Below, piece by piece: positions 1-10,933 of a stretch of 64,000 nt of DNA (within the stretch, counting starts at the first letter, position 1; every line of letters starts with the position of its first letter). This stretch comes from Naegleria gruberi. Its lineage: Eukaryota. Below the pieces are notes generated by a model. The model was not told where the DNA came from, did not search any database, and worked only from the letters and a program-made list of their open reading frames with translations. The stretch is from NCBI GenBank assembly GCA_000004985.1, contig GG738874.1; one strand, given 5' to 3'. The translations under genes and the position numbers were made by a program.

Positions 1-162
1 TGTTTCACAACCCATCACCACCACCTGCATGAATGAGTGCACCACATTAAGCTTGTGTGAAAAATTTCAAATTGTTATTATCTTTTTTAACAGTGATGGT
101 AATAATACACTTTTTATCATGTGAGTAACACTAGAGTGGTGGCATTGAAAATGTACTATTAT

Positions 163-1143
163 CTAATCCTCTTCAATAGTAATTTTAGGAGTTGTTGATT
201 GATTATCCAGTTTCTCTAATTCTGCAACTACATTTCTAGCAATTTGTAAGAAGGAAGCAGCTCTGTCAGATTTTGGATCTGAAATGACAACAGGTCTACC
301 TGAATCGCTAGTCTCTCTAATTTGTGTATGTAATGGAATTTCACCAATGAAATTCAATCCCATATTTTCTGCTGTTAGCTTGGCACCATCGTGACCAAAG
401 ATGTGGTCCTTATGACCACAATTTGAACATTTGAAATAACTCATATTCTCCACAACTCCCAATATTGGTACATTCAATTTACGGAACATATTCACACCTC
501 TCTTAACATCAATGAGAGCAATATCTTGTGGAGTACTCACAATAACAGCACCCGATAAATGTACTCTCTGACAAATTGATAATTGAGCATCACCTGTTCC
601 TGGTGGTAAATCTACAACAAGAATATCCAATTCTCCCCAATCCACTTGATGTAATAATTGATCAACAGCAGTCATTACCATTGGTCCTCTCCAAATTGTT
701 GGAGCATCTTCCTGTACGAGAAATCCCATACTCATTGTCTTGACACCATAATTTGATTTTGGTATGAGTTTTCTGGTGGCTTCATTCACTTGTGGCTTAC
801 CAGATAGATTCATCATACGATGAATACTTGGTCCATAGATATCAGCATCCATGAGACCGACAGACTTTTGGCAAAAGGAGGAGAGAGCAAGAGCCAAATT
901 AGTTGCTACTGTACTCTTTCCAACACCTCCTTTACCACTCGATACAACAATAACATCTTTCACTCCTTCAAGCTTTGGACCGAGTGTCTTTTGGTTGTTA
1001 GTGCTAAATTGTCTAGTCATATGTGTTGTAATAGATGAAGAGGAGGAGGAGAATTGTGTACAAACTCGCTTCTTGAAGGACAACATCTTCTGACCAGTTG
1101 TTGTATGAGAGAAAAGTTTATTTCTTATTGTTGATGAAAACAT
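163..1143 (-). CDS. Mrp/NBP35-family P-loop ATPase, probably the mitochondrial Fe-S protein Ind1/NUBPL
   Basis: The ORF has a ParA/Mrp-type P-loop (KGGVGKST) and a C-terminal CxxC motif (CSNCGH) typical of NBP35/Mrp Fe-S scaffolds. The N-terminus is basic and Ser/Thr-rich, like a mitochondrial presequence. The start lies only about 50 bp from the divergent start of the next gene. Confidence 0.8.
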   Translation of the reverse strand: MFSSTIRNKLFSHTTTGQKMLSFKKRVCTQFSSSSSSITTHMTRQFSTNNQKTLGPKLEGVKDVIVVSSGKGGVGKSTVATNLALALSSFCQKSVGLMDADIYGPSIHRMMNLSGKPQVNEATRKLIPKSNYGVKTMSMGFLVQEDAPTIWRGPMVMTAVDQLLHQVDWGELDILVVDLPPGTGDAQLSICQRVHLSGAVIVSTPQDIALIDVKRGVNMFRKLNVPILGVVENMSYFKCSNCGHKDHIFGHDGAKLTAENMGLNFIGEIPLHTQIRETSDSGRPVVISDPKSDRAASFLQIARNVVAELEKLDNQSTTPKITIEED

Positions 1144-1195
1144 TTTATTTTGCTGATAATTATGAATTTTATTTTTAATTTTATATTTTAAAAAA

Positions 1196-2500
1196 ATGAG
1201 TGACTCTTCATCAGACTCGGACGATGATTTATTCTCTCACAAGAATGCAAAATCAGTACTTGATGTTTCATGGTCTGATATTTCAAAGAAGAAGGATCCA
1301 GTGCCAAAAGTAAAGGATAAAAAACCAAAGAAAAAGAAGAATTTACTTGATCTTGTTGAAGATGAGGAGGAAGAAAAACCAAAAGAAAAGGAAAAGAAGG
1401 AGGACGTGTTGGATGTTGATTTAATTTTGGCAAAGAATGAACTTTATAACAAGAAGGCTAGAAGAAATACTAGTAGTAGCTCCGAAGGTAAAAAAAAGAG
1501 AAAGCAGGACGATGAGGAATTTATCAAAAAACAACTGGCCGAACAACAAAAATTAGAAAAGGAAAGAAAAAGGAAAAAACAAAAACAAATGGAAATTATT
1601 CACAAGAATGATGAGGACGTTATTGATTTGGATAGTGAAGTTGTTGAGGAGTTACCACCAGTTTCTCTTCCTTCACCAGTGACATCACCACTTTTAATGA
1701 AAAAACCAATGATGAGCTTCCCATCAAAACCAACAGTAGTCAAACCAACAAAGGCTATTGATTTTAAAATTCAACTTATGGCTAGTGATGCTTTCCAAAA
1801 GTTAGAAGCTGCAGAATCTTTCACATTTGATGATCTGGAGGATGATAGTGTTCAAGAGGAATTATCAGAAGCAGAGAGAAAGAAAATTGAAGCTCAAGTT
1901 CAAAGAGAAATTGAACAACTTAACAAGAAGAAAGAGCTAGCTCCTATCACCACAGAGGATGTAGAGGAAGTTGAAGATGAAGACAAGGGAGAAAAGATCA
2001 CCATTTCAATCAGATGGAATGATAAGACAATATCTGTAAATATTCACGAGAGAGATAAATTCCAAAAACTCAAAAAGACAGTAGCAAAGAAGTTTGAAGT
2101 GCATCCTGATCAAATATCATTCAAGTTTGACGGAGCCACTCTAGATTTAAATTCCACACCAGAGGATCAAGCCATGGAAAGTGATGACATTATTGATTGC
2201 ATTGTGGATTTGAAAAAGAAAGTTTCAACAGTATCTCACACTCCTGCCACCGAAAAGGAGCCAAAAGAGAATAAGGGTGAAAAAATTGTATTGGAAGTTA
2301 GAGGAAATGGAAAGAGCATTTCAATTAATTTCTACAAGGGAGAAAAGTTTTCAAAACTTGCAAAAGGAGTAGCTAAACAATTTTCTGTAGCCCCTGAGAA
2401 GATTAAACTCATGTTTGATGGGTTGGCTTTGGATTTAAATGAAACTCCTGGCGATCAAGACATGGAAAATGAGGATATTATTGATTGCAAGTTTTTGTAA
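1196..2500 (+). CDS. Rad60/Esc2/NIP45-family protein with two C-terminal SUMO-like (Rad60-SLD) domains
   Basis: The N-terminal half is acidic and Lys-rich and looks disordered. It is followed by two tandem ubiquitin-fold modules, each about 70 aa. Both end in the same motif: FDGATLDLNSTPEDQAMESDDIIDC and FDGLALDLNETPGDQDMENEDIIDC. Confidence 0.7.
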   Translation: MSDSSSDSDDDLFSHKNAKSVLDVSWSDISKKKDPVPKVKDKKPKKKKNLLDLVEDEEEEKPKEKEKKEDVLDVDLILAKNELYNKKARRNTSSSSEGKKKRKQDDEEFIKKQLAEQQKLEKERKRKKQKQMEIIHKNDEDVIDLDSEVVEELPPVSLPSPVTSPLLMKKPMMSFPSKPTVVKPTKAIDFKIQLMASDAFQKLEAAESFTFDDLEDDSVQEELSEAERKKIEAQVQREIEQLNKKKELAPITTEDVEEVEDEDKGEKITISIRWNDKTISVNIHERDKFQKLKKTVAKKFEVHPDQISFKFDGATLDLNSTPEDQAMESDDIIDCIVDLKKKVSTVSHTPATEKEPKENKGEKIVLEVRGNGKSISINFYKGEKFSKLAKGVAKQFSVAPEKIKLMFDGLALDLNETPGDQDMENEDIIDCKFL

Positions 2501-2825
2501 ATATGCTTATAGCTATCTAGGATTTGAGACATCAGTTTTTTGTAGAGTTTCTTTTTTGACAATATGCTTTATAGGAAGATTCTTACATTCTCCTTTACCT
2601 TGGTAACGATTTGAGAGATTAAGAAGACCATTTGGGCAACTATTGACAAGATTTTCCAATAAATTATTGTCAATCTTTGCTCAATTAACCACAAGTCTTC
2701 CATTTACATTAATTGCATTATCCGTTCCTCTTACAAACTAAATTCTACAATTTTCCAAAAATGATCAGTTTATACTTTTTACAAAACGAAAAAAACGAAT
2801 CAGAACACTCCCTAAAAGCTTTCTC

Positions 2826-4991
2826 ATGTTCAACCAAGAGTTTTCATTTCCAGCAAAGAAAGTACCATCATCAACTCATGAATCTCCGAGTATTGACAAT
2901 GAGCAACAGCAACCATTCGAGAAACCTGTAAGGATGGAAAAACCACCCATTCAAAATGATATTGAAGATTATGGCCTTATTGGAAATTGCCACACAGCTT
3001 GCCTTGTTGGTATGAGAGGATCCATCGATTATTGTTGCTTTCCACAATTCGATTCTCCTCCAATCTTTTCCAAACTCATTAGTAATCAACCTGCAGAGAC
3101 TTGTGGATTCTTTTCCATTCATCCAATGCGTATTGAAGATACCACGAATAAGCAACATTACTTTCCCGATTCTAATGTATTGGTCACCAAGTTCTTGTTG
3201 AGTGAAGGTGTTGGTCAATTGGTTGATTTGATGCCTATTTGGTCTGATAGTGGTGTTCATCCACAACAAACCGAAACGATGAATGAATCATCAACAAACT
3301 GCTCAACAATTGAAACTTGTTGTCCTATTACAAAACTCTTCAATTTGTATCACGGCTTCCATAGACAATTAGTGAAAACCAATAGTTCACAGTATAGAAA
3401 TTGCATTATTAGAAGGTTGGAAATTGTGCATGGAAAGATTGAGTTTCAAATTGTTTGTAAACCAATATTCAAATATGGAGCAGAGAAACCTCATGTTGAG
3501 ATATGCTCAAACAAGAAGAGTGTCGTCTTTTCATGTTCTGACCAGGCCATTATTCTTGAATCTAATAGACCATGCTTCGAAAGCATAGATGAAAAGGGAG
3601 CAGTCATTGGTTTGATTGAAATGAGTGAAATTGATCCAGAGAAGAGTTGTGTATTCTGTCTGAGATATTTAGAACAGGGAGATATGAAGGGAAATCATGA
3701 TTGTCAGACCTTATTGGATGAAATGTGCATTAATGAAGATTTGATGCTTATCACCAATGATCTCACTATTAAGACCATTAATTATTGGCAAAAGTACATT
3801 TGTAATAGTAATTACCAAGGAATTTTCAGAGAGATGGTCAATAGATCACTTCTAGCTCTCAAACTTTTAATGTTCAACGAGACAGGAGCTATAATTTCAT
3901 CTCCAACAACATCACTTCCCAAGTCAATTGGTGGTAATAGAAATTATGATTATAGATTTTGCTGGATAAGAGATGCCACCTTCTCAGTTAATGCTTTCCT
4001 CAAGACTGGAATGATTGAAGATGCTGCAAAAATTGTTGGATTTATTGAAAAGACATTTGATTCTGAAAAATCAGATTCCAAACCACTTTCCAATATTTAC
4101 ACAATTATGGGAAAGAAATTGAGCGGTTCCATTCAAGAAATCTCCAAGTTTAGTGGTTTCAAGCAAAGTATGCCTGTACGTGTTGGAAACATGGCTTCCA
4201 ATGCAATAGAATTGGATATTTATGGTGAACTGTTGGATTCAATCTATAACTTTGACATTGTCAGACCAATTTCTTACAACTTTTGGATTAAGTTGAAAGA
4301 TGTAGTTGAATTTGTAATTGAAAATTGGAGAAATCCGGATCATTCCATTTGGGAAAAGAGCAATAATAAGTGTCACTTTGTATATTCCAAAGTCATGTCA
4401 TGGTGTTGTTTGGACAGAGCATTGAGATTGGCTGATAGAAGAAGTTTCCCTGCTCCAAATGATAGATGGCTCAAAATAAGAAATGAAATCTATGAGGATG
4501 TAATGAAGAATGGATACAATGAAAAGATGAACACCTTTGTACAATCCTATGGTTCTGAAGTTCTTGATGTTTCTCTCCTTATTATGCCAATTATTGATTT
4601 TCTTCCAATTTCAGATCCAAGAATGGTCAACACTATCAATGCAATCAATAAGAAACCAAAAGAAGGTGGATTAGTTACCTCATCCCTTGTCTACAGAACC
4701 AGTGATCATCACAAGAGTGAAAAGTCAGCCACAGAGGGCACTTATAATATGCTCACTTTTTGGCTATTGAGAGTTTTGGCCATGATGAGTGATTATGACA
4801 ATAACAAGCTCAGACAAGCCCAACTCATGTTCGAACAAATATCCACCTTTAGTAATCATGTCGATCTCTATAGTGAATTGACCTCCTTTAGTGGTCTCAT
4901 GTTGGGTAATTTTATCCATTCCAATACTCATAGCTCACTCATTGTAGCAGCTGTTGAATTGGCCAAAAGAATTGACAATACAAACCTCTAA
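2826..4991 (+). CDS. Glycoside hydrolase family 15 (glucoamylase/trehalase-like) protein
   Basis: An N-terminal YGLIGNCHTACLVGMRGSIDYCCFPQFDSP block matches the GH15 N-domain. The RNYDYRFCWIRDATFSVNAF block matches the GH15 catalytic-domain hallmark YxYxWIRDxxF. The 721-aa length fits bacterial-type GH15 enzymes rather than phosphorylase-kinase subunits. Confidence 0.65.
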   Translation: MFNQEFSFPAKKVPSSTHESPSIDNEQQQPFEKPVRMEKPPIQNDIEDYGLIGNCHTACLVGMRGSIDYCCFPQFDSPPIFSKLISNQPAETCGFFSIHPMRIEDTTNKQHYFPDSNVLVTKFLLSEGVGQLVDLMPIWSDSGVHPQQTETMNESSTNCSTIETCCPITKLFNLYHGFHRQLVKTNSSQYRNCIIRRLEIVHGKIEFQIVCKPIFKYGAEKPHVEICSNKKSVVFSCSDQAIILESNRPCFESIDEKGAVIGLIEMSEIDPEKSCVFCLRYLEQGDMKGNHDCQTLLDEMCINEDLMLITNDLTIKTINYWQKYICNSNYQGIFREMVNRSLLALKLLMFNETGAIISSPTTSLPKSIGGNRNYDYRFCWIRDATFSVNAFLKTGMIEDAAKIVGFIEKTFDSEKSDSKPLSNIYTIMGKKLSGSIQEISKFSGFKQSMPVRVGNMASNAIELDIYGELLDSIYNFDIVRPISYNFWIKLKDVVEFVIENWRNPDHSIWEKSNNKCHFVYSKVMSWCCLDRALRLADRRSFPAPNDRWLKIRNEIYEDVMKNGYNEKMNTFVQSYGSEVLDVSLLIMPIIDFLPISDPRMVNTINAINKKPKEGGLVTSSLVYRTSDHHKSEKSATEGTYNMLTFWLLRVLAMMSDYDNNKLRQAQLMFEQISTFSNHVDLYSELTSFSGLMLGNFIHSNTHSSLIVAAVELAKRIDNTNL

Positions 4992-5103
4992 CTACTCTCA
5001 AAAACGATTCCCAACTCTATTGAAAATTCAAGATCTCAACATCACCAGACCTTCAAAGTTAGTTTCTAAAAAGTTGTACAATAAAAAAATCCTTAGAAAA
5101 AAA

Positions 5104-6777
5104 ATGATTAATGGAAATATTACTCTCCGTCGTCATCAGAGACATTTATTGGAGGAGGGCGTTAATTTGGTCCCTGATCCTAACTTGATGACTGTTCCAC
5201 CTGGAGGAGCTGGAGGTGAAAGTTTTAGTGAGGCAATGCCAACAATTTTATTAACCCCACCAAAGAGAGAGCCAATGCCTTTGAGAACACCTAAATCGGT
5301 ATCACCTGCATTGTCTAATGCATCAACTTCATCATTGTTTTTATCGGTGAATGCAACACCTCAGGGAAATAATTTTGCCTTTCCATCACCAAAAGGATTT
5401 AATAATTTGGATACCCCTAATAATTTGTTTTTAAGAAAACCTTCATCAGCCATGCAATCAAAGTCTGTTTTTGAGGGTCTTCCAGGATTTGTAAGTATTC
5501 CTTATTAAATTATTAGTATTTATTTATTTGGAATACAACAGAAAAAATGTAATCAAGAACAGTTTGAACATCATGCTCCAAAGGATGAAAAACAACAAAA
5601 GAAGAATCCAACTAAATATTCTGTAAGTTTGTTGTTGGATCTTTGAGACTAATTTTTATGGAATTAGAAAGATATTGAGGAGAGGTCAATTAATGCAGCC
5701 AAATCGTATAGATTTTTTGAGGATTCAATTTTGAGAAAACCTTCTTTAACTATTGGGCAATACAAGAGAAATAGCGTCCTGTATGAAGCTGATTTGAAGG
5801 ATTACAAAAGATTGAATATGGTTGCTGCCATGTCTGCATTGGAAGAAACTCCAATTGAAAAATATAATCGCTTAAAACAGGAAATTGAGGATTTTATTGG
5901 AGAAATGGGAAGAATGTCAGTGGAAAATCCAAAAGTAAAACTTGTTGGAGAAAATGTAGCAGTGTACTCTGAAATATTGGAGCAATCAAAAGAATTGAGG
6001 CAAAAGTTGGAAGTTGCAAAGGATACCAATACTTGCTGCTTTTTAGAATTGAATAACAAGGAGGATGAGTCAACAAATCAAATTCTTAGCCAAATTCAAT
6101 CCGAACTGGATAAGGCATTGGAAAATCAGTTAAATACTCTTGTTTCTCCTCAACAACAAACTCCAAAACTTCAAAAACCAAAGAAGGAAACTATTTCTCA
6201 GGACTCTTCAAGAGTGTTAAGATTGGAAAGAAGATTGGCTCACTTGGAGAAATTAGTTGGAACTGAGGATGAAAGGAGAAATGTCCTGCTTAATGATAAA
6301 AACTCCTCTGCCACTACGAAAAAGTATGCAAGTCTTGAAACAGCCATCAACATTTTGGAAAAGAAGGTCAACACAATTGATCCTTTCTTTATGCAATCGT
6401 TAGAGTCTAGAATTAAGAATATTTTGAAGGATTTGGAAAATATCTCCACTCTTGAAGTTGTAAACTCTTCATCAATAAGCTTTAATGGAACAAAAATTGA
6501 AAATTTATATCAAAGGGTCAGAAAGTGGGATGAGTTAACAAAACAAGTTCCTATGATTGTTTCAAGACTGCAAACATTGAAAATTGTTCATGATGAAGCA
6601 ATATATTTTGCAGGAACTGTCTCAAAATTGAAACAACAACAAGAGGAACTTTCTAGATTGTTGGATGGGAATGAAAAATTACTCACTAACATTTCCACTA
6701 ATTTTGATGATAATTTAGTGACTATTAATAAGAATATTAAATTAATCCAAACCAGGATTGAGAATATCAAAAAGTAA
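5104..6777 (+). CDS. DCTN2: Dynactin subunit 2 (dynamitin), three exons: join(5104..5490,5542..5622,5668..6777)
   Basis: The C-terminal region (ENLYQRVRKWDE, LKQQQEELSRLLDGNEKLLTNISTNFDDNL) matches the dynamitin coiled-coil region. The track ORF at 5731 starts at TTG. The upstream ORF (4954..5508) is in the same frame once two short introns are removed. Intron 1 (5491-5541) and intron 2 (5623-5667) both have GTAAGT donors and AG acceptors. All exon lengths are multiples of 3. The ATG at 5104 is preceded by an A-run. Confidence 0.65.
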
Positions 6778-6778
6778 T

Positions 6779-7579
6779 CTATAACATGATTACTATCAAC
6801 ATTGAAATCAATGTCATGACTGTAACAGAAATATTAATTACTGCTACGCTCGAAACTTGTGTACAAGCACTAACAGGAGTGGCACTATAATTGATTACAT
6901 CTCCGCTTTGTCCAACCAATCCTGCACTATTCTTCACACAGAAATACTTGAATTTCTTATCCAAATCAGTATTCAAGAAAAAGACACCCTGGTAAAACCA
7001 GTTGAAAGGATTGTAACCTCTGTCTCTGTTCCAACATCTATAAAGATGAGAATTTCCAAACTACAAATTACTTACGAATCAGTATATTTCATACATTCCG
7101 AATAACAGACAGGCAAGGCAGTATTATTAGAAGGATAACAGGAAGGAAAGTTTCTCAAACAAGAAAACCTTTTCCAAGATGTGGTGCAAGACTCGTCATC
7201 TGGTAAAAATTTAGAATTTTTCTTATAATTAGATAACAATGAAGCATCAACACTTGAATAATTGCTTGGTAGACAGCTATTTGTGGTGATTAGTTGATTG
7301 ATAGTATAAATATTGATTAATACTCTATTGATGTGATTAAATTATTGTAACATACACATATTCAGAGTCTGGTAAATGTTTGTAACACATGCCGAGTCCG
7401 GATTTATATTCACTTGATGCTTTGACGTCAGAAACGAGAAGACATTGACCATTGCAAGTTGATGTCGTCACTTGAGAATGAACATTTATAATCATCAATA
7501 AAAGAATCACAAAAGCAGTGAGAAGTTTGGGCACTGAAGTTAGAGAATGCAGTATCATCCTTTTTTTTTGATTTTTCAT
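6779..7579 (-). CDS. Small secreted Cys-rich protein with a possible Frizzled-type CRD-like segment and a C-terminal hydrophobic (GPI/TM-like) tail; tentative model join(7579..7356,7324..7076,7037..6779)
   Basis: The N-terminus is a signal peptide (MILHSLTSVPKLLTAFVILLLMIINVHS). The middle exon carries the spacing WKRFSCLRNFPSCYPSNNTALPVCYSEC, reminiscent of the FLCS..P.C...PPC..C core of Fz CRDs. The C-terminus is hydrophobic (VTVMTLISMLIVIML). Two very short introns of 31 and 38 nt, with GTATGT and GTAAGT donors, restore one continuous frame. The total length is a multiple of 3. Confidence 0.4.
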
Positions 7580-7955
7580 GATGAGTGACGTTTAATTGGT
7601 GTGAAAATGGCTGCCAACGATCAACAATCCTAAACTTTCTAGATGACCTGTTGTAAGATGGGATGGAATTACATTCGATCAAACTTTTTTAACATGCTTT
7701 GTTTGAGGATAATCACTCCTAACAATGTATCCAAGGATTAAGGAAAATCCAAATCCTCTCCATTTTCCCCACACAAAAAACTCACAATATTTGAAGGCCA
7801 TTAAAAAACATTCCATCAAGTCCAACTGCACAATAAAAAATGGTCCACCTTTTTTCGGGTTGCAGCTCAACATACTGCTCATAAAGTGGGGTCAATAAGA
7901 GTGTGTTAGAACTAACTTCCAGTTTGAAAAAAGTAAAAACACAACACATAGCACG

Positions 7956-8942
7956 ATGCAGTCATCATCTTTAGCAAATTACCCATCTTCTTCATCACAA
8001 TATTATAATATTAAAACAACTTCAATGAAGGAAATTAAAGCAATGAAGGAAAAGCAAAGAGTTGAAGCAATTTTGGATGGAGAAGTAACAATCATTGACA
8101 TGTCTCCAAAAACTAATATTTTCCTCATCAAATGTAATTGGGAAGAATGTAATTCATCTTCAATTCAGAATCAGCAACCAACTTCATCAACCGATAATAA
8201 TAATAGAGACGCTCATGAAATTGAAATCTCTCACGAATCAACTCATTCCACTCCTCAAGAATCATCATCTTCCAAATATTCTCACATTAAGATTAATAAG
8301 AAGGCAAAATATATTCTGATTGATACTGGTACGAATGGACAAGAGGAAAAACTAATCAAGGTTTTAGATAAGGAACTAGGCATTACACCGAATGATCTCT
8401 CCCTGATAGTAATTACTCATGCTCACATGGATCATGCAGGTACTTGTTGGTATTTGAAAAAGCACTTCCCTCATGTGCCAATTGCTGTGCCCGATCTGGA
8501 ATATGAAATGCTCAGGAGGGGAGAACCAGCACCTAGCACACCAACTAATTTAGTAGCTAAAATTCTGTACATTCGGGGGAGTAGAAAGAAGATTTTACCT
8601 TTCGAGCCCGATTTGAGATTTAAGGGAGGAGAACATTTGGAAGAGTTTGGAGTGAAGGCTTCCATTGTTCATATGAAAGGTCATACGGAGGGCAATATTG
8701 CAGTCATGCTCGATAATAAGAAGGCTGCCATTATGAATGATGTCATGAAGGGAGGTTTCTTCTCTTATGGAAAGCCAGGTTATCATCTCTTCTATGATGA
8801 CAAGATGCAAATTTTGAAGAATATCAAATGGGCCTTTGATGAAGGATTTCAGACCTTCCTAGTAACTCATGGATATGCATTCACAAGGGAACCACTGATT
8901 ACTTGGCTAGAGAAGGAATTGAAACAAAATAAATTAATGTAA
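7956..8942 (+). CDS. Metallo-beta-lactamase-fold hydrolase
   Basis: The HxHxDH motif (ITHAHMDHAG) and downstream His/Asp ligands identify the fold. The N-terminal 100 aa are low-complexity and Ser/Asn-rich. The ORF starts at an ATG. Confidence 0.7.
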   Translation: MQSSSLANYPSSSSQYYNIKTTSMKEIKAMKEKQRVEAILDGEVTIIDMSPKTNIFLIKCNWEECNSSSIQNQQPTSSTDNNNRDAHEIEISHESTHSTPQESSSSKYSHIKINKKAKYILIDTGTNGQEEKLIKVLDKELGITPNDLSLIVITHAHMDHAGTCWYLKKHFPHVPIAVPDLEYEMLRRGEPAPSTPTNLVAKILYIRGSRKKILPFEPDLRFKGGEHLEEFGVKASIVHMKGHTEGNIAVMLDNKKAAIMNDVMKGGFFSYGKPGYHLFYDDKMQILKNIKWAFDEGFQTFLVTHGYAFTREPLITWLEKELKQNKLM

Positions 8943-9223
8943 ATTAAGGATTAACTGCAGCTGCTAGTATTATTATTAGGTTATCATAATACCCAAACCA
9001 TAGCGGTGATTATTGAATGTTGCATTCAGGAGATTGTTGAACGATTCGTGATAATTAATGCGATCTCTTCATAGTATGCTTATTGCAACTCCCGAGAAAA
9101 GGGCGTATTTTCTCCCAAAGTTAACTATTTACAATAATTTCATCCACCCTCTCTCATCACCAAATCGATTTAAAAAGGATGCATTAAATAGATCAACAAA
9201 TCAAAATCTACACACAAAAAAAC

Positions 9224-9973
9224 ATGTCCACTTCATCAAAGCTCGTCGTTATTACTGGTGCTTCCTCTGGTATTGGAGAAGCTGCAGCTGAACTTTTGCA
9301 TTCAAAGGGTTATAAATTGTTGCTCCTTGCTCGTCGTTTGGAACGTATGCAGGAATTTGTAAAGCAACATTCCATGACTGAACAAGATACTCTCATTGCC
9401 CAATGTGATGTTACTCAAGTTGATGATATTAAGAAGGCCATTGATCATGCTCAAGATCATTTCAAATTACCAGTCGATTGTTTAATTAATAATGCAGGTG
9501 TCATGTATTTGCAACAATTGGCCGATCAATCCTTACAAAGACAAGAAACCATGATCTCCACCAATGTAAATGGTATTTTGAATGGTATTAATGTTGTTCT
9601 CAAATCAATGCTCGAACGTCAAACTGGTACCATTATTAACATTAGTTCAATTGCTGGTAAGAAGAGTTTTGGAAATCACGTTGCTTATTGTGGTACTAAA
9701 TTTGCTGTTCACGGATTGACAGAAGCTTTGAGATCTGAAGTTTCTGGATCCAAGGTCAGGGTCATTGTCATAGCTCCCGGAGTCACCCAAACTGAGTTAT
9801 TGGGTCACAACGACAAGGATCAAGTAGATCCATACGAGGATTGGAAAAAGACCATGTCTTTGGGTGTCTTGAAATCTGAAGATGTTGCTGCCAGTATTTT
9901 GTTTGCCTATGAAGCTCCTCCTCATGTTTGTATCAGAGAAATTGCCTTGGCTCCAACTGAACAACGCGATTAA
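9224..9973 (+). CDS. Classical short-chain dehydrogenase/reductase (SDR)
   Basis: TGASSGIG is the Rossmann NAD(P)-binding motif, NNAG is present, and the catalytic YxxxK is present as YCGTK. The length is 249 aa. Confidence 0.85.
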   Translation: MSTSSKLVVITGASSGIGEAAAELLHSKGYKLLLLARRLERMQEFVKQHSMTEQDTLIAQCDVTQVDDIKKAIDHAQDHFKLPVDCLINNAGVMYLQQLADQSLQRQETMISTNVNGILNGINVVLKSMLERQTGTIINISSIAGKKSFGNHVAYCGTKFAVHGLTEALRSEVSGSKVRVIVIAPGVTQTELLGHNDKDQVDPYEDWKKTMSLGVLKSEDVAASILFAYEAPPHVCIREIALAPTEQRD

Positions 9974-10933
9974 GCTTTTATGTTCCTGCCTATTTTATAC
10001 TACCACCCAAATTCTTTCCTTCCCTCTTTTCAATTTTAAATGTTCTTGAAGCTTTGAACCTTAATAAAGAAGAACATCATGTAATCTAAGATCAAGTTCT
10101 CAGTCATTGACCAATTCCGCTCAATTAAATAAACAAGGATCCTACATTCCTGTTCAGAGTCGCTTAAGAATTTGGCGCCAATCGACAAAACCCAAATACA
10201 GAAGCGAGAAATGCCAATCTCGTCTTGTGAACGCTTTGATATGTAAATATTAATGCCAAGGCGCGTTGTGTTTCGCCTCAATGAAAAAAGATGAATCCAA
10301 CCCCATCCTCATCATCGATGACACCTCACAATATTCATCATACAGCCAATAACAGTGGTGGTGGAAGTAGTAGCACACCAATAACATCAATTGGTGGAGG
10401 AGGTAATAATAATGGTGTTTTTCCATTTCTGATGAGTAGTAATTCAAATTCAAGTTACAGCAACAGCAATACGAATAATAATTGTACAAAGAATGGCCAA
10501 CAACAACAGGGAGTAGTGGTGACGAATAGTGGACAATTTCACTCCCTATCCAGTATTAATTCAATTCATTTGACTCAAAATCTTCCTCAACAAACACCTC
10601 TTTCTCCCCGAATAACAAATAATAGTAATCATCGCGAACAATTGCAATTAACAGCTGCTCTTCATACCAGTACAGTATTTTCACCATCAAGTGTTACCGA
10701 GAAGACTCATGATGGTGACAATTCTTCGATATTTAATGGATCTGCCTCGAGCACAGTTCTCTCAAAATCAGCATTCAACACTGTTGTCAATAAGGTAAAA
10801 AATCATTTCATGAGTTTTACCTTATTCATGCAAGATAATGAAAAGAAACAGAGCAAAATGGATAGAATTATGATGTTTGGAATGTATATGTATATGATAT
10901 GGGTAGGAATATGGATTTCAACATTGAGTCCTT

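Noticed and set aside
2871-3269. Antisense or overlapping ORFs of 60-130 aa inside long genes (for example 2871..3269, 12419..12733, 18450..18876, 39790..40182, 44739..45277)
   Set aside because: They lie wholly within well-supported longer ORFs on the opposite strand or another frame. Their products are low-complexity and carry no motifs, as expected by chance in AT-rich coding DNA.
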